Shown in pieces: positions 53,840-64,000 of a DNA stretch of 64,000 nucleotides; within the stretch, counting starts at the first letter, position 1, and each line of letters opens with the position of its first letter. This DNA is from Spirochaetota bacterium. Lineage in GTDB: Bacteria > Spirochaetota > UBA4802 > UBA5368. The notes under the pieces are model-generated. The model searched no databases. It saw only the letters and a list, made by a program, of their open reading frames with translations, and was not told the DNA's origin. The stretch covers positions 5,785-69,784 of the forward strand of contig JALOTJ010000013.1 of assembly GCA_025457965.1 (NCBI GenBank). The letters are read 5' to 3'. The position numbers and the translations under genes are program-made.

Positions 53840-54057
53840 AAAAGTTCACCTCAGGTTTAATGCGGCCGTGTCTCCGGCGTTCACCCTTTACGACACGGCA
53901 CCATGGATGTAAAGGATTTTTTTTCGCGCCCGCGGGGTTTATTTGCCGCCCGGCATTAACGCGCCTTTGATGGGAAAATACCGCCAGAAAGGCGTCCCGG
54001 GGAACGTTACACCCCGGCAAAACGCCCTAAACGCTCTCGTTGTACTGGCACCCGCGT

Positions 54058-54813
54058 CTATGTGACGCGTGCGATATCGAGAAACGAAGCGGCCTTGAGC
54101 GAGGCTCCCCCTACCAGCGCACCGTCGATGTCCTCCATCGCGAAAAGCCCGGCGATGTTGTCGGGCTTCACCGAACCGCCGTACAGGATCGGCATACCGG
54201 CGGCGACGGCCTCGCCGAACTTCGCGGCGACAACGCTCCGGATATACCGGTGCATGGACTGGGCGATCTCGGGCGTGGCGACCTTGCCGGTGCCGATCGC
54301 CCATACCGGTTCGTAGGCAATGACGACCGCGGCGGCCTCGTTCTTCGAGAGCCCCTCCAGGGCCCTTTCGGTCTGTACGCGTACCACGTCCTCGGAGCGG
54401 CCCGCCTCTCGCTCATCCAGGAGCTCACCGACGCACACCATGGGGAAAAGCCCTTCTGAGAGCGCGGCGCGCAGCTTCTTCCGTACATCGTCGTCGGTCT
54501 CATGGAAGACGTGACGCCGTTCGGAATGGCCGATGAGTATCCAGCGCGCTCCCGCGTCCTTCACCATGGCGGGTGAGATCTCCCCGGTAAAGGCCCCTTC
54601 CTTCTCGAAATACATGTTCTGCGCGCCCGCCATAACGGCGCTTCCGGCGCAGAGTGCCGCCACCTCGCGCAAATGCACCGCGGGCGCAAACACGACCACC
54701 GCGCGTCCGGGCGAATCCGTTATTCCATCCACTATACCGCGCGCGAGCGCGAGCGCCTCATCGCGCACGGTGTACATCTTCCAGTTTCCGGCGAAAATCT
54801 TTTTTCGTGCCAT
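54058..54813 (-). CDS. tpiA: Triose-phosphate isomerase
   Basis: 251 aa with motifs AGNWKM, LIGHSERR, AYEPVWAIGTG and YGGSV. Confidence 0.97.
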   Translation of the reverse strand: MARKKIFAGNWKMYTVRDEALALARGIVDGITDSPGRAVVVFAPAVHLREVAALCAGSAVMAGAQNMYFEKEGAFTGEISPAMVKDAGARWILIGHSERRHVFHETDDDVRKKLRAALSEGLFPMVCVGELLDEREAGRSEDVVRVQTERALEGLSKNEAAAVVIAYEPVWAIGTGKVATPEIAQSMHRYIRSVVAAKFGEAVAAGMPILYGGSVKPDNIAGLFAMEDIDGALVGGASLKAASFLDIARVT

Positions 54814-54834
54814 GCGTATACCGGGCCCCCGCTC

Positions 54835-55866
<1,032 letters not shown>

Positions 55867-55980
55867 TTATTATTGCCCTGGGATGCGGGACAAACATCTT
55901 GACGACATCATACCGAACACCCGATAACGCGCACATCGCGAAGCGAACCTGAAAGAGAATATCATCGCTCGGGCGGCATG

Positions 55981-56760
55981 TCAAGCATTAAGGCCTTCGA
56001 TAAATTCCGCAATCAGTCCGTTGACCTCCTGGTGCCGTTCGAAATAGGGCAGGTGGCCCTCTCCTTCAAGCACCTCAAGACGCGCGCCGGGCAATCCCGC
56101 CGCAAGCGCCCTGGACACATCGTGGGGCACCATCTTGTCGCCGGTGCAAGCGAGCACCATCGAGGGCACGCCGACTTCCCTCAGCATATCCGTGTAATCA
56201 AAGGACGCGCAGATGCGGAAATCGTTTTTCACCCGGACAGGATCGAGCGACCGGGCCTCCCTGAGCACCATCTGACGCACCTCCTCGGGGAGCGCTTTGC
56301 TATAGGAAAGCTTCACGAGAAATTCGCAAAATACCCGGTAATCCTTATCGAGAAAATCGAATACGAGATCCGATACGGGAAGCTTCGCCCCGGTGCTCAG
56401 AAAAACGAGGCCCGCTATTTTTTCGGGAAAGGATCTGTACGCCTCCATGATAATACCGCCTCCCATTGAATGTCCCGCAAGCACGCAGCGATCCATCTTT
56501 TCGGCCTCCAGAACCGCCGCGACGGCGGCGACATAGTCCGCCATTACCGGAAGCGTCTCGATCACCGATTTGCCGTGCCCGGGAAGGTCGATCGCAACGA
56601 CCGTCCTCTTACCCTTGAAATACTCGAGCTGGAATTGGAACTGGCGTGAATCACCGGCCGCTCCATGGATGAAGATGACGGGAACACTGTCGTGTACCTC
56701 CGCCATCCGGTATTTCAGCTCGCCGGGGGGCATTGAACAGCTTTTGATTTTTATTGTCAT
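55981..56760 (-). CDS. Alpha/beta-fold hydrolase
   Basis: 259 aa with motifs FIHGAAGD (oxyanion region), the GHSMGG nucleophile elbow and a C-terminal GHLPYFE. Confidence 0.85.
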   Translation of the reverse strand: MTIKIKSCSMPPGELKYRMAEVHDSVPVIFIHGAAGDSRQFQFQLEYFKGKRTVVAIDLPGHGKSVIETLPVMADYVAAVAAVLEAEKMDRCVLAGHSMGGGIIMEAYRSFPEKIAGLVFLSTGAKLPVSDLVFDFLDKDYRVFCEFLVKLSYSKALPEEVRQMVLREARSLDPVRVKNDFRICASFDYTDMLREVGVPSMVLACTGDKMVPHDVSRALAAGLPGARLEVLEGEGHLPYFERHQEVNGLIAEFIEGLNA

Positions 56761-57166
56761 GGTTCCTCCCTGAAGGTTTCACACTTTTAAGACCTGGACG
56801 TACAGGTTTTCGCGCACGATGTCGAACAGCCCCCGTGCCTGGAATGGCATCTTTCCGCCATCCCCTTCGCGGCACCCCGGCAAAATCCGGACGGCGTCCT
56901 TTTCTCACTCATCGCATGGCCGATAACAAGCACTTTTTATGCGTTGAACGCAACAGCTATCGATGAGTACGACCCCCTTCCTCTTGAACCGGGATTATCG
57001 GCAATCGGATCCGATGCACACTTTGGCTCACTGATTCAGCTTGAAACCTGTCTTCCCGAGTGTTTTCGGATTGCGCCCCGGCGCCGGTTCGGCATACTGT
57101 AGAGAGCATGTGGAATTCGGCCAGTACGGCGACGCATTCCGTGACACCTGTAGCCCGGAAAAAATT

Positions 57167-57754
57167 ATGAGCCAAAGAATCAACATCTGCCAGCCGGGCT
57201 ACGGCGCCTCCTGCGCCCTCTGCTGCGGCAGCCACAATATAATCGGCGGGCGCGGGACACTCCATGCCGAATTCAGCCGCCGTTCGCGCGATGCCCGCGA
57301 CCGCATAGTACGGGACGATACGGCCTTCATGGGCGAAACCGGAACCGGCGCACCCGCTCCCATAAAAAACTCGCTCCCTGCAAAAGCTCACACCGACGGC
57401 ATCCTGTGTCCTCACGTCGCTTTTATCGACGCGGGAAAACAGCTTATCGGCTGCCTCATCTACAACGACCGCGAAGGGAGGGCCGCAACGCGCGGCTTTT
57501 TCGAATACACCTGCTGCAACTTCTCGTGTGCCGCGCGCGAGACCCTCGTCGACGACGAGATACTCTTCGCCGCGCGCCTCATGCGCGACTGGTACTACTA
57601 CGGACCGCTGGTCAACTCGATAGACCTGCTTAAAAAGCTCTTTCGAGAATACCATACCCCCGGAAACGTACCGGAAGCGACGCTCGAAGCGGTCAAACGC
57701 CGGCTCGAAGCCTCGCTCTACGGCCGGACGTCCGATGATGGCAATTACATATGA
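57167..57754 (+). CDS. Cys-rich hypothetical protein (195 aa), possibly a YkgJ-like Zn/Fe-chelating cluster protein
   Basis: I trimmed the start to MSQRINICQPGYGASCALCCGSHN. Further Cys motifs are CPHV, GCLIY and YTCCNFSCA. Confidence 0.5.
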   Translation: MSQRINICQPGYGASCALCCGSHNIIGGRGTLHAEFSRRSRDARDRIVRDDTAFMGETGTGAPAPIKNSLPAKAHTDGILCPHVAFIDAGKQLIGCLIYNDREGRAATRGFFEYTCCNFSCAARETLVDDEILFAARLMRDWYYYGPLVNSIDLLKKLFREYHTPGNVPEATLEAVKRRLEASLYGRTSDDGNYI

Positions 57755-57838
57755 GTGTCATCAGATAAGTACGGACCCGGACGACAATTCCCGTCATACC
57801 GGACGACGATAATGATAATCATCGGGTATTCGTACCAT

Positions 57839-57866
57839 TGACATTTTTATACGACGGCATATACTG
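57839..57866 (+). promoter_or_regulatory. Candidate sigma70 promoter (TTGACA-N16-TATACT)
   Basis: ttgaca is at 57839-57844 and tatact at 57861-57866, about 105 nt upstream of the PEBP gene. Confidence 0.45.
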
Positions 57867-57973
57867 GCGTCGAGCGGGGGCCGCCTTCCCCTTTGTGAGG
57901 TTTCACCGCAGGCAGCGATGATCATGATCGTCGCCGTAAATCCCGCCCAGACAAGCATGTGCAGGAGGCAGTA

Positions 57974-58447
57974 ATGCAGATACTTTCCAACTCGTTCGCG
58001 GACGGCGGCGTTATCCCGGCGAAATTCGCCATGAAGGCGATCCCGGGAGGCTCAAACGTCTCGCCGCATGCAAGGATCATCGGCGTCCCGCCGTCGGCGC
58101 AGTCGCTTGCGATCTCCTTCGTCGACCGGCATCCAATGGCTCGTCGCTGGGTACACTGGCTGGTCGTCAACCTCCTCCCCGGCGAGATTGAAATCCCGGA
58201 GGGAGCTTCGCCTTCCCGCATGCCGGCCGGGTGCCTCGAGCTCATCAACACCTTCGGCTTCAAGGGCTACGGGGGACCGCAACCACCCCGGGGAAGCGGC
58301 GTGCATCACTACGAACTGGCCGCTTACGCGCTCTCCGAGGCGCTGAAAATCGGAGAGAAGGAGACATCCGAGGCGGACTTTCTTGAACTTGTCAGGAATA
58401 AAGTTCTTGCAAAATCGATAATTACGGGCGGTTTTGAGAGCAGGTGA
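57974..58447 (+). CDS. YbhB/YbcL-family (PEBP / Raf-kinase-inhibitor-like) protein
   Basis: I trimmed the start to MQILSNSFADGGVIP. Motifs are VHWLVVNL and GYGGPQPPRGSGVHHYELAAYAL. Confidence 0.85.
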   Translation: MQILSNSFADGGVIPAKFAMKAIPGGSNVSPHARIIGVPPSAQSLAISFVDRHPMARRWVHWLVVNLLPGEIEIPEGASPSRMPAGCLELINTFGFKGYGGPQPPRGSGVHHYELAAYALSEALKIGEKETSEADFLELVRNKVLAKSIITGGFESR

Positions 58448-58523
58448 CGTGCGGGATCGTGAAGTCTTTTCGCTCTTTCGTCGCACGAAAGACTGACGTT
58501 GCTCCCGCCGCGCCTGTCCGGCA

Positions 58524-58536
58524 GTTAAAATTTAAC
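58524..58536. promoter_or_regulatory. Candidate TetR operator: perfect 13-bp palindrome GTTAAAATTTAAC
   Basis: It lies 38 nt upstream of the TetR-family gene ATG, inside otherwise GC-rich DNA. Confidence 0.4.
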
Positions 58537-58574
58537 AGCGAATTAACGCGACGTCCGCGTCGGGGCTTTCAGCA

Positions 58575-59183
58575 ATGAACAAGAAAGAGCGCGGCGAACT
58601 GATCATCGAATGCGCAAAGCGGCTCTTCGTTCGGAAGGGCTTTCACGGCGTAACGGTGAGCGACATAATCGACGAGGCGCGTATCGCCCGCAGTACCTTC
58701 TATGCTCACTTCCCCGGCAGGATGGAGATATTCCAGCTCCTGGTCGACCGCTACGCCGCGATCCTGCTCGACGCCATAATGGGCATAAACATCTCCCGCG
58801 CCGGGGACAATGCGCCGCTCTCCGCACAGATTCGTGAAATGAGCGTAAGCCTCGTCGACGCGATCGACCGCAACCGCGACCTCACGCTGCTGCTTATCAC
58901 CGCGCCGCTTGGCCATGACGACCAGTTCGACCGGAGCGTATCCGATTTCTTTTCGAAGATACTGTCGGCCATACGGCAGCTCCTGACGGAGGGAATGGAG
59001 GGCGGTACCATACGAACGCTCGATCCCGACACCATATCGTACGTCATCCTGGGCAGCGTAAAGCAGATCCTGCTGCAATGGCTGGTTTATCGGGAGGTCA
59101 ACGACATTCACGCAGCGCTCGACGACATCATCGAATACACGCTCTTCGGGATCGCCGCCGCGCCGGCGGTGAAGACACTTTAA
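58575..59183 (+). CDS. TetR/AcrR-family transcriptional regulator
   Basis: 202 aa with the N-terminal HTH AKRLFVRKGFHGVTVSDIIDEARIARSTFYAHF. Confidence 0.9.
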   Translation: MNKKERGELIIECAKRLFVRKGFHGVTVSDIIDEARIARSTFYAHFPGRMEIFQLLVDRYAAILLDAIMGINISRAGDNAPLSAQIREMSVSLVDAIDRNRDLTLLLITAPLGHDDQFDRSVSDFFSKILSAIRQLLTEGMEGGTIRTLDPDTISYVILGSVKQILLQWLVYREVNDIHAALDDIIEYTLFGIAAAPAVKTL

Positions 59184-59217
59184 GATAACGCGCGCCATCG
59201 CGCCGGCGGAGGACATC

Positions 59218-60549
59218 ATGAACGCACTCGATCGCTTCTTTAAAATCAGCGAACGCGGCTCCAGCGTCCGTACCGAGATTCTGGCCGGGCTCACCACCTT
59301 TGTCACCATGGCGTATATTATCTTCGTACAGCCGGCGATCCTCTCGGCCGGGGGCATGGACTTCGGCGCGGTGCTCGTCGCCACCTGCCTCTCGGCCGCG
59401 ATCGCGAGCGTCGCGATGGGCCTGTACGCCAATTACCCCATCGCCCTCGCCCCGGCCATGGGCGAAAACTTCTTCTTTTCCTTCGTGGTGATCGTGGCCA
59501 TGGGCGTACCGTGGGACGTGGCGCTGGGCATCATTTTTCACTCGGCGGTGCTCTTTCTCATCCTCTCATTCTTCAAGGTGCGCGAACAGATCATCAACGC
59601 CATTCCGCCATCGTTCAAGGCCGGTATCGCCGTTGGGATCGGTATCTTTATCGCCTTTATCGGCCTCGTCTACGGCGGCATCGTCGAGAAATCGCCGGGC
59701 GGGGTTCTCCAGATGGGGAAAGTGCAGTCCGTGCACGTGCTGTTGCCTTTCGCGGGCCTACTCGTAATGGCCGCGCTCTCCCGCCTTCGCGTGCGGGGGG
59801 CCATGCTGATCGGCATGCTCGTCACCACGCTCGCGGCACTGCCCTTCGGCATCGTCCAGTTCCACGGAATCGTGAGCACGCCGCCCTCGATTGAGCCGAC
59901 TTTTTTAAAGATGGACCTGGTGGCGGCGCTCAGGCCCGAGTACTGGCCGCTCATACTGGTTTTCCTCTTCATGGATCTTTTCGATACGGTGGGTACGGTG
60001 GTGGGCGTCACCCAACAGGCCGGACTTATGAGGGAGGACGGCACGGTTCCGAAACTTCGCGAGATACTCATCACCGATTCGGCCGCCTCGGTGCTCGGCG
60101 CGGCGCTTGGCACCTCCACGGTGGTAACCTACATCGAAAGCTCGGCCGGCGTTCAGGAGGGCGGACGCACGGGCCTTACCGCGGTGGTTGTGGGACTTCT
60201 GTTCCTGGCGGCGCTCTTCTTCGAGCCGCTCGCGAAGATGCTCGGCGGCGGATTTTCGCCCGGAGAGGGGTCCATGACGCTCTATCCGATCATCGCGCCG
60301 GCGCTCATTTTCGTGGGCTCCATGCTGCTGAGAAACGCCGCGCGTATCGACTTTAGCGACATCACCGAGTCGCTGCCGGCGTTCCTGGTCGTCATCGGGA
60401 TGCCGCTCACCTACTCGATCGCCGACGGCCTCGCCTTCGGATTTATCTCGTATCCGATCATTAAAATACTCACGGGAAAATTCAAGGAGGTGCATCCCAT
60501 CATGCTTGCGCTCGGCGCGGTGTTCATTCTGAGATACGCGTTTCTATAG
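59218..60549 (+). CDS. NCS2-family purine (adenine/guanine/hypoxanthine) permease, AzgA/PurP-like
   Basis: 443 aa with N-terminal FKISERGSSVRTEILAGLTTFVTMAYIIFVQPAIL and the later TYIESSAGVQEGGRTGLTA. Confidence 0.9.
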   Translation: MNALDRFFKISERGSSVRTEILAGLTTFVTMAYIIFVQPAILSAGGMDFGAVLVATCLSAAIASVAMGLYANYPIALAPAMGENFFFSFVVIVAMGVPWDVALGIIFHSAVLFLILSFFKVREQIINAIPPSFKAGIAVGIGIFIAFIGLVYGGIVEKSPGGVLQMGKVQSVHVLLPFAGLLVMAALSRLRVRGAMLIGMLVTTLAALPFGIVQFHGIVSTPPSIEPTFLKMDLVAALRPEYWPLILVFLFMDLFDTVGTVVGVTQQAGLMREDGTVPKLREILITDSAASVLGAALGTSTVVTYIESSAGVQEGGRTGLTAVVVGLLFLAALFFEPLAKMLGGGFSPGEGSMTLYPIIAPALIFVGSMLLRNAARIDFSDITESLPAFLVVIGMPLTYSIADGLAFGFISYPIIKILTGKFKEVHPIMLALGAVFILRYAFL

Positions 60550-60595
60550 GATGGCCGGGATCCGGACGACGATCGTCGCCCGGAGTATTATTCCA

Positions 60596-61123
60596 TCAGT
60601 CCCCTTCAAACTCGCAGAGGGCGAACATGGCGTAGCCCGCCGCCCCTATCTTCGCACGCCCGCCCACGTCGGGAAGGTCAACGATGAATGCCATCTCGAC
60701 GACGGCACCGCCCAGCTTCTCGATGAGCTTTGCCGCCGCCATGGCCGTCCCCCCGGTAGCCAGCAAATCGTCGACGATCAGCACCCGGTCGCCGGGCTTG
60801 ATCGCGTCGACGTGCATCTCGATGACGTCGGTGCCGTACTCGAGTTCGTACTCGTGGCGCTCGGTCTTATATGGAAGCTTTCCCTTTTTACGCACGGGGA
60901 CAAAGCCTCTGCCAAGCCGGTACGCCACCGCCCCGCCCAGGATGAATCCGCGCGCCTCGAGCCCGACCACGACATCGATGGGGGTTTCCCGGTATCGCTC
61001 GACGAAGGCGTCGATCACCTCGCGCAGACCCTCGGCATCTTTAAGAAGCGTGGTGATGTCGCGGAACATGATGCCTTTTTTCGGAAAATCTTGGATGGTG
61101 CGGATTTTCGATTTAATGGACAT
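60596..61123 (-). CDS. apt: Adenine phosphoribosyltransferase
   Basis: I trimmed the start to [24 protein letters not shown] (cat at 61121-61123). The PRPP motif is [13 protein letters not shown]. Confidence 0.93.
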   Translation of the reverse strand: MSIKSKIRTIQDFPKKGIMFRDITTLLKDAEGLREVIDAFVERYRETPIDVVVGLEARGFILGGAVAYRLGRGFVPVRKKGKLPYKTERHEYELEYGTDVIEMHVDAIKPGDRVLIVDDLLATGGTAMAAAKLIEKLGGAVVEMAFIVDLPDVGGRAKIGAAGYAMFALCEFEGD

Positions 61124-61163
61124 GGGAGGAATCGCTCCTTCGGTTCTGGTTGCGCGTCGTTCA

Positions 61164-64000
61164 TCAGGCCATACTCTCCCCGGATACGTCAATTATCTTT
61201 CGATCTAATTCGTCCATAGTAACAGGTCCTGATGCTCGTATTGGGTAATCATCGTCCGGCACCGTGATATTTCGCAGATACACCCCCACCATGCGGTTGA
61301 CGTCGCTCTCGCCGTCATAGAAGAGGGTGAGAATTCGCGGCCGCGTATCCGCGCGCCTAGAAAGGCGCGACAGCGACTCCGCTCCCTCGTGTTGACGCGG
61401 AAATACATCCGCCCCCCGAAAAACGCCCTCCGTCACACTCTGGAAAAGCGCGTTCGTGATGTTCCCGGGCATACAGCCGAAGGGCGCGCAATTTACCACG
61501 AGCGCCGCGCCGTCGTCAGCGAACGCTGCGGCACGTCCCAGTGTGAGGATGGCCTCGCCTTCGAAGTCGACCGGGAGGAAGCGTTTCCCGTAATTTAGCA
61601 GGGCCTCGATGGCGGGTTCGCGCCGATGGGAGAGATGCACATCCATGGCACGCTCGAATTTATGATAGCGGTGAAAGAGATAGGCGGTCTTGAGCCCGAC
61701 TATGGTCCGGTTCCAGAAACCGGTCCGGTGCCGCCGGGCAAAATAACGCTCCATCCACGCGGTGTAGAGGATCCACTCGGAAATGGGCGTAAGCCAGGCC
61801 TCGCCGCCGAATCGCTCGATGGCGCGCACGAGGTTGTTGTTGCAATAGGGATTGCAGCGCACATAGATTTCACCGACTATGCCCACCAGCGGTTTTTCTA
61901 TCCTCAAAACCGGCACACGCGCGATCGAGTCCAGCGCCGCGTCCGTCGCCGCGATGAGGTCCCCTCTCGACTCGGCGGCCGACTCGACTCCACGGATGGC
62001 GTCTTCGGCCGCGCGATCGACCGAGCCCGGCTCAATCTCGTACGGGCGTGTCGCGCAGATCTGCTTGAAGAGCATATCGCCCGAAATAAGGATGTCCCAC
62101 AGGTACATGCGCAGGCTTTCCGGCATCCCCATGTACGAATTGACCGATGACGGCGAGAATATCTCGGCCTCGCCGAAACCGTTCTCGGCGAGAATCTTCC
62201 GGTGAAGCAGCGTATACTGGCCGAAGCGGCACGGCCCCTCGGCCGTTGGCATGAAGAGCGCGTGTTTTCGAGGGTCGGCGCCGATCTGTCGCATCTTTCT
62301 TAAAAACACGCCGATCGTGGTGCTGGCCGGCAGGCATTCACTTCCGCGCACGCCGCGCCGCCCGATCTCATGCGCCATGCCGTCCTCCACCGGCAAGGCC
62401 TCGGCGTCGAAGCCCCAGGCGCGGAAGCCCGCGGCGGTGATGCGCGCGGAGATCTCGTGCATGGGCGGAATCCAGAGCTTGCGTTCGCTCCGCTTCCATG
62501 TGGGATGGAAAATCCCGGCGCTTTCCTTCGGCTGTTCCACTCGCCTGCCGTGCGAGCGGACCACATCCATGAAGGCCTCGATGCGCGTGAGATAGCCGGT
62601 GTCCGAGCCGTGCTCGTCGAGCTCCACGATGAGGTAGGGTTTTCCCTTCATGATCTCCTCGAAGCGGGTGAGCACGAAGGAATCGGGACCGCAGCCGAAA
62701 TTGCTGAGGTAAACGGGATACAGTCCGTCCATATCGCGTATCTTTTCGGAGAAGGCGAGTATGCGTTCGCCGTAGTGCCAGTACATGTGGTGAACATTCG
62801 AGCTCCAGTCGGAGGGATCCATCAGGCACTCGTAGGGCAGTATCTCGACCTCGCGCCCGGCAAAGCGCTCGGGGAGTCCCATGTTGACGACCGGGTCGTA
62901 GAGGTTGTAGGGTCTGCCGATGAACACGATGCCCCGTTTCTTTTCATCCTTCATCTTCGCAAGCAGGTTCCGCCCGTATTCATGGCGCCGCGTAAGACAG
63001 GTGTGATGGGCCTCAAGCCCCGCGCAGTACGCCCGGCGGACCTCATCCTCCCCCAACGCAAATTCGGAGAAGGCCTGTTTGAGCGATTCCACAACGAGCC
63101 GTTCGTCGAGCCTGAAATCTATCACGGGGGCGATGACCGGCACCGGAAGGCCGAGCGTGCCGGCCGCGATCGAAGGAAAGGACATCACGTAGGGACATGA
63201 GATGCGCGGAAGGCCGCTCTCCTGTTTGCGTTCGCTGATCATCGTCGGGAAGAACAGGGCATCGACGCCGTCACGGGCGGCGAGTTCGCGCGCGTGCGCC
63301 AGCGCCATCTTTACGGGAAAACAGAAGTCCGATTTCGCGATACGGATACCGGTCTCCTTGTGGGCCGCGTTTGAGGCACCGGAGAGTATAACGGCGAATC
63401 CCAGGTGTTCGAGAAAGGTCCTCCACAACGGCAGGTAGCCGTGCATGGAGAGCGCCTGCGGTATGCCGATGCGCGCGTTTTGAAGGCGCGGATTCGAATC
63501 CGCGCCTTCAAAACGCGCACCGTTCATCATCGCCCGAACACGGGAGAGGTGATTGACAGGCCGCGTGTTTTCCCGTGGGCGAGAATGTATATTCGCGCCT
63601 TCCCCCTCCCGCCCGCACAGATATCCCCACGATTCCTCCGCGCCCCCCTCGAGGCGCGCCACGGTGATGGTGCAGCGGTTGGAGCACTCCGTACAGGTGC
63701 GGTATGAAATATCAATGGTACGTTCGAATACATCAAGCCCGCGAAAGACACCCGCATGTTCATCGCTTTGCTCGAGCGAAATCATCGCCGCGCCGAGCGC
63801 GCCCATAACATGGCAGTGCGGCGAGACCACGATCTCCTTGCCCGTTATGAGCTCGAAGGCGGCGACGAGGCCGTCATTGCGCGCGGTGGCCCCCTGGAAG
63901 AAAATACGCTCCCCGGTGACCGGGCGCGTGCCCACGACACGGTACAGGTAGTTTTTCGCGATGGAATGGAGCACCCCGGCAAGGGCCTCTTCGCGTGTAC
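61164..64000 (-). CDS. 5'-truncated giant fusion: BadF/BadG/BcrA/BcrD-type activase ATPase module plus DUF2229/2-hydroxyacyl-CoA-dehydratase-like modules
   Basis: The frame stays open to the window edge (upstream codons read ...[17 protein letters not shown]). The end of the ATPase module is [16 protein letters not shown]...[14 protein letters not shown]. Later motifs are [50 protein letters not shown] and GPCRFGQY. Confidence 0.85.
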   Translation of the reverse strand, partial: TREEALAGVLHSIAKNYLYRVVGTRPVTGERIFFQGATARNDGLVAAFELITGKEIVVSPHCHVMGALGAAMISLEQSDEHAGVFRGLDVFERTIDISYRTCTECSNRCTITVARLEGGAEESWGYLCGREGEGANIHSRPRENTRPVNHLSRVRAMMNGARFEGADSNPRLQNARIGIPQALSMHGYLPLWRTFLEHLGFAVILSGASNAAHKETGIRIAKSDFCFPVKMALAHARELAARDGVDALFFPTMISERKQESGLPRISCPYVMSFPSIAAGTLGLPVPVIAPVIDFRLDERLVVESLKQAFSEFALGEDEVRRAYCAGLEAHHTCLTRRHEYGRNLLAKMKDEKKRGIVFIGRPYNLYDPVVNMGLPERFAGREVEILPYECLMDPSDWSSNVHHMYWHYGERILAFSEKIRDMDGLYPVYLSNFGCGPDSFVLTRFEEIMKGKPYLIVELDEHGSDTGYLTRIEAFMDVVRSHGRRVEQPKESAGIFHPTWKRSERKLWIPPMHEISARITAAGFRAWGFDAEALPVEDGMAHEIGRRGVRGSECLPASTTIGVFLRKMRQIGADPRKHALFMPTAEGPCRFGQYTLLHRKILAENGFGEAEIFSPSSVNSYMGMPESLRMYLWDILISGDMLFKQICATRPYEIEPGSVDRAAEDAIRGVESAAESRGDLIAATDAALDSIARVPVLRIEKPLVGIVGEIYVRCNPYCNNNLVRAIERFGGEAWLTPISEWILYTAWMERYFARRHRTGFWNRTIVGLKTAYLFHRYHKFERAMDVHLSHRREPAIEALLNYGKRFLPVDFEGEAILTLGRAAAFADDGAALVVNCAPFGCMPGNITNALFQSVTEGVFRGADVFPRQHEGAESLSRLSRRADTRPRILTLFYDGESDVNRMVGVYLRNITVPDDDYPIRASGPVTMDELDRKIIDVSGESMA

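Noticed and set aside
58569-59432. A 287-aa minus-strand ORF spanning the TetR gene and the permease start.
   Set aside because: It is antisense to two well-supported genes and looks non-protein-like.

Overview
This is a 64-kb chromosomal segment from a high-GC diderm bacterium. BamA, Skp, SecDF-YajC and ExbBD show the diderm envelope. Ferredoxin, a radical-SAM enzyme and a BCR/HAD-type activase fusion suggest an anaerobic lifestyle. I cannot assign a taxon without a database. About 60 protein genes and one tRNA-Gly(CCC) are supportable. I saw no rRNA, CRISPR array, transposase, integrase or phage genes.

Gene order:
- 0.2-10.7 kb: a tightly coupled minus-strand sugar/redox operon (unassigned 683-aa enzyme, GPH symporter, ThuAB-like pair, FAD, SDR, LacI, OYE).
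- 11-14.3 kb: a micro-gene followed by SET, HD and radical-SAM genes.
- 14.4-21.2 kb: housekeeping genes (tsaC, rel, maf, tRNA-Gly, cysK, ndk).
- 21.2-35.4 kb: mostly unassigned envelope and signalling genes. These include a Kef-EIIA fusion heading a four-gene operon of unknowns that ends in an HDAC-like gene, and a lower-GC block of exported unknowns.
- 35.6-38.6 kb: glnA with a coupled 42-codon upstream ORF, a second Gfo/Idh/MocA gene and a STAS gene.
- 38.7-51.8 kb: bamA-skp-ldt, then yajC-secDF-ribDE, then a Zn-ribbon/OMP/exbBD cluster.
- 52-64 kb: metK, fdx, secG, tpiA, gap, a purine-salvage pair, and a 5'-truncated activase/dehydratase fusion at the window edge.

No single region is demonstrably a new system from sequence alone. 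The best candidates are the redox glycoside operon, the Kef-EIIA/783-aa/194-aa/HDAC operon, the SET-HD-rSAM cluster, the glnA leader ORF and a 50-bp perfect palindrome. All coordinates were refined by hand, and all homology calls rest on motif recognition only.
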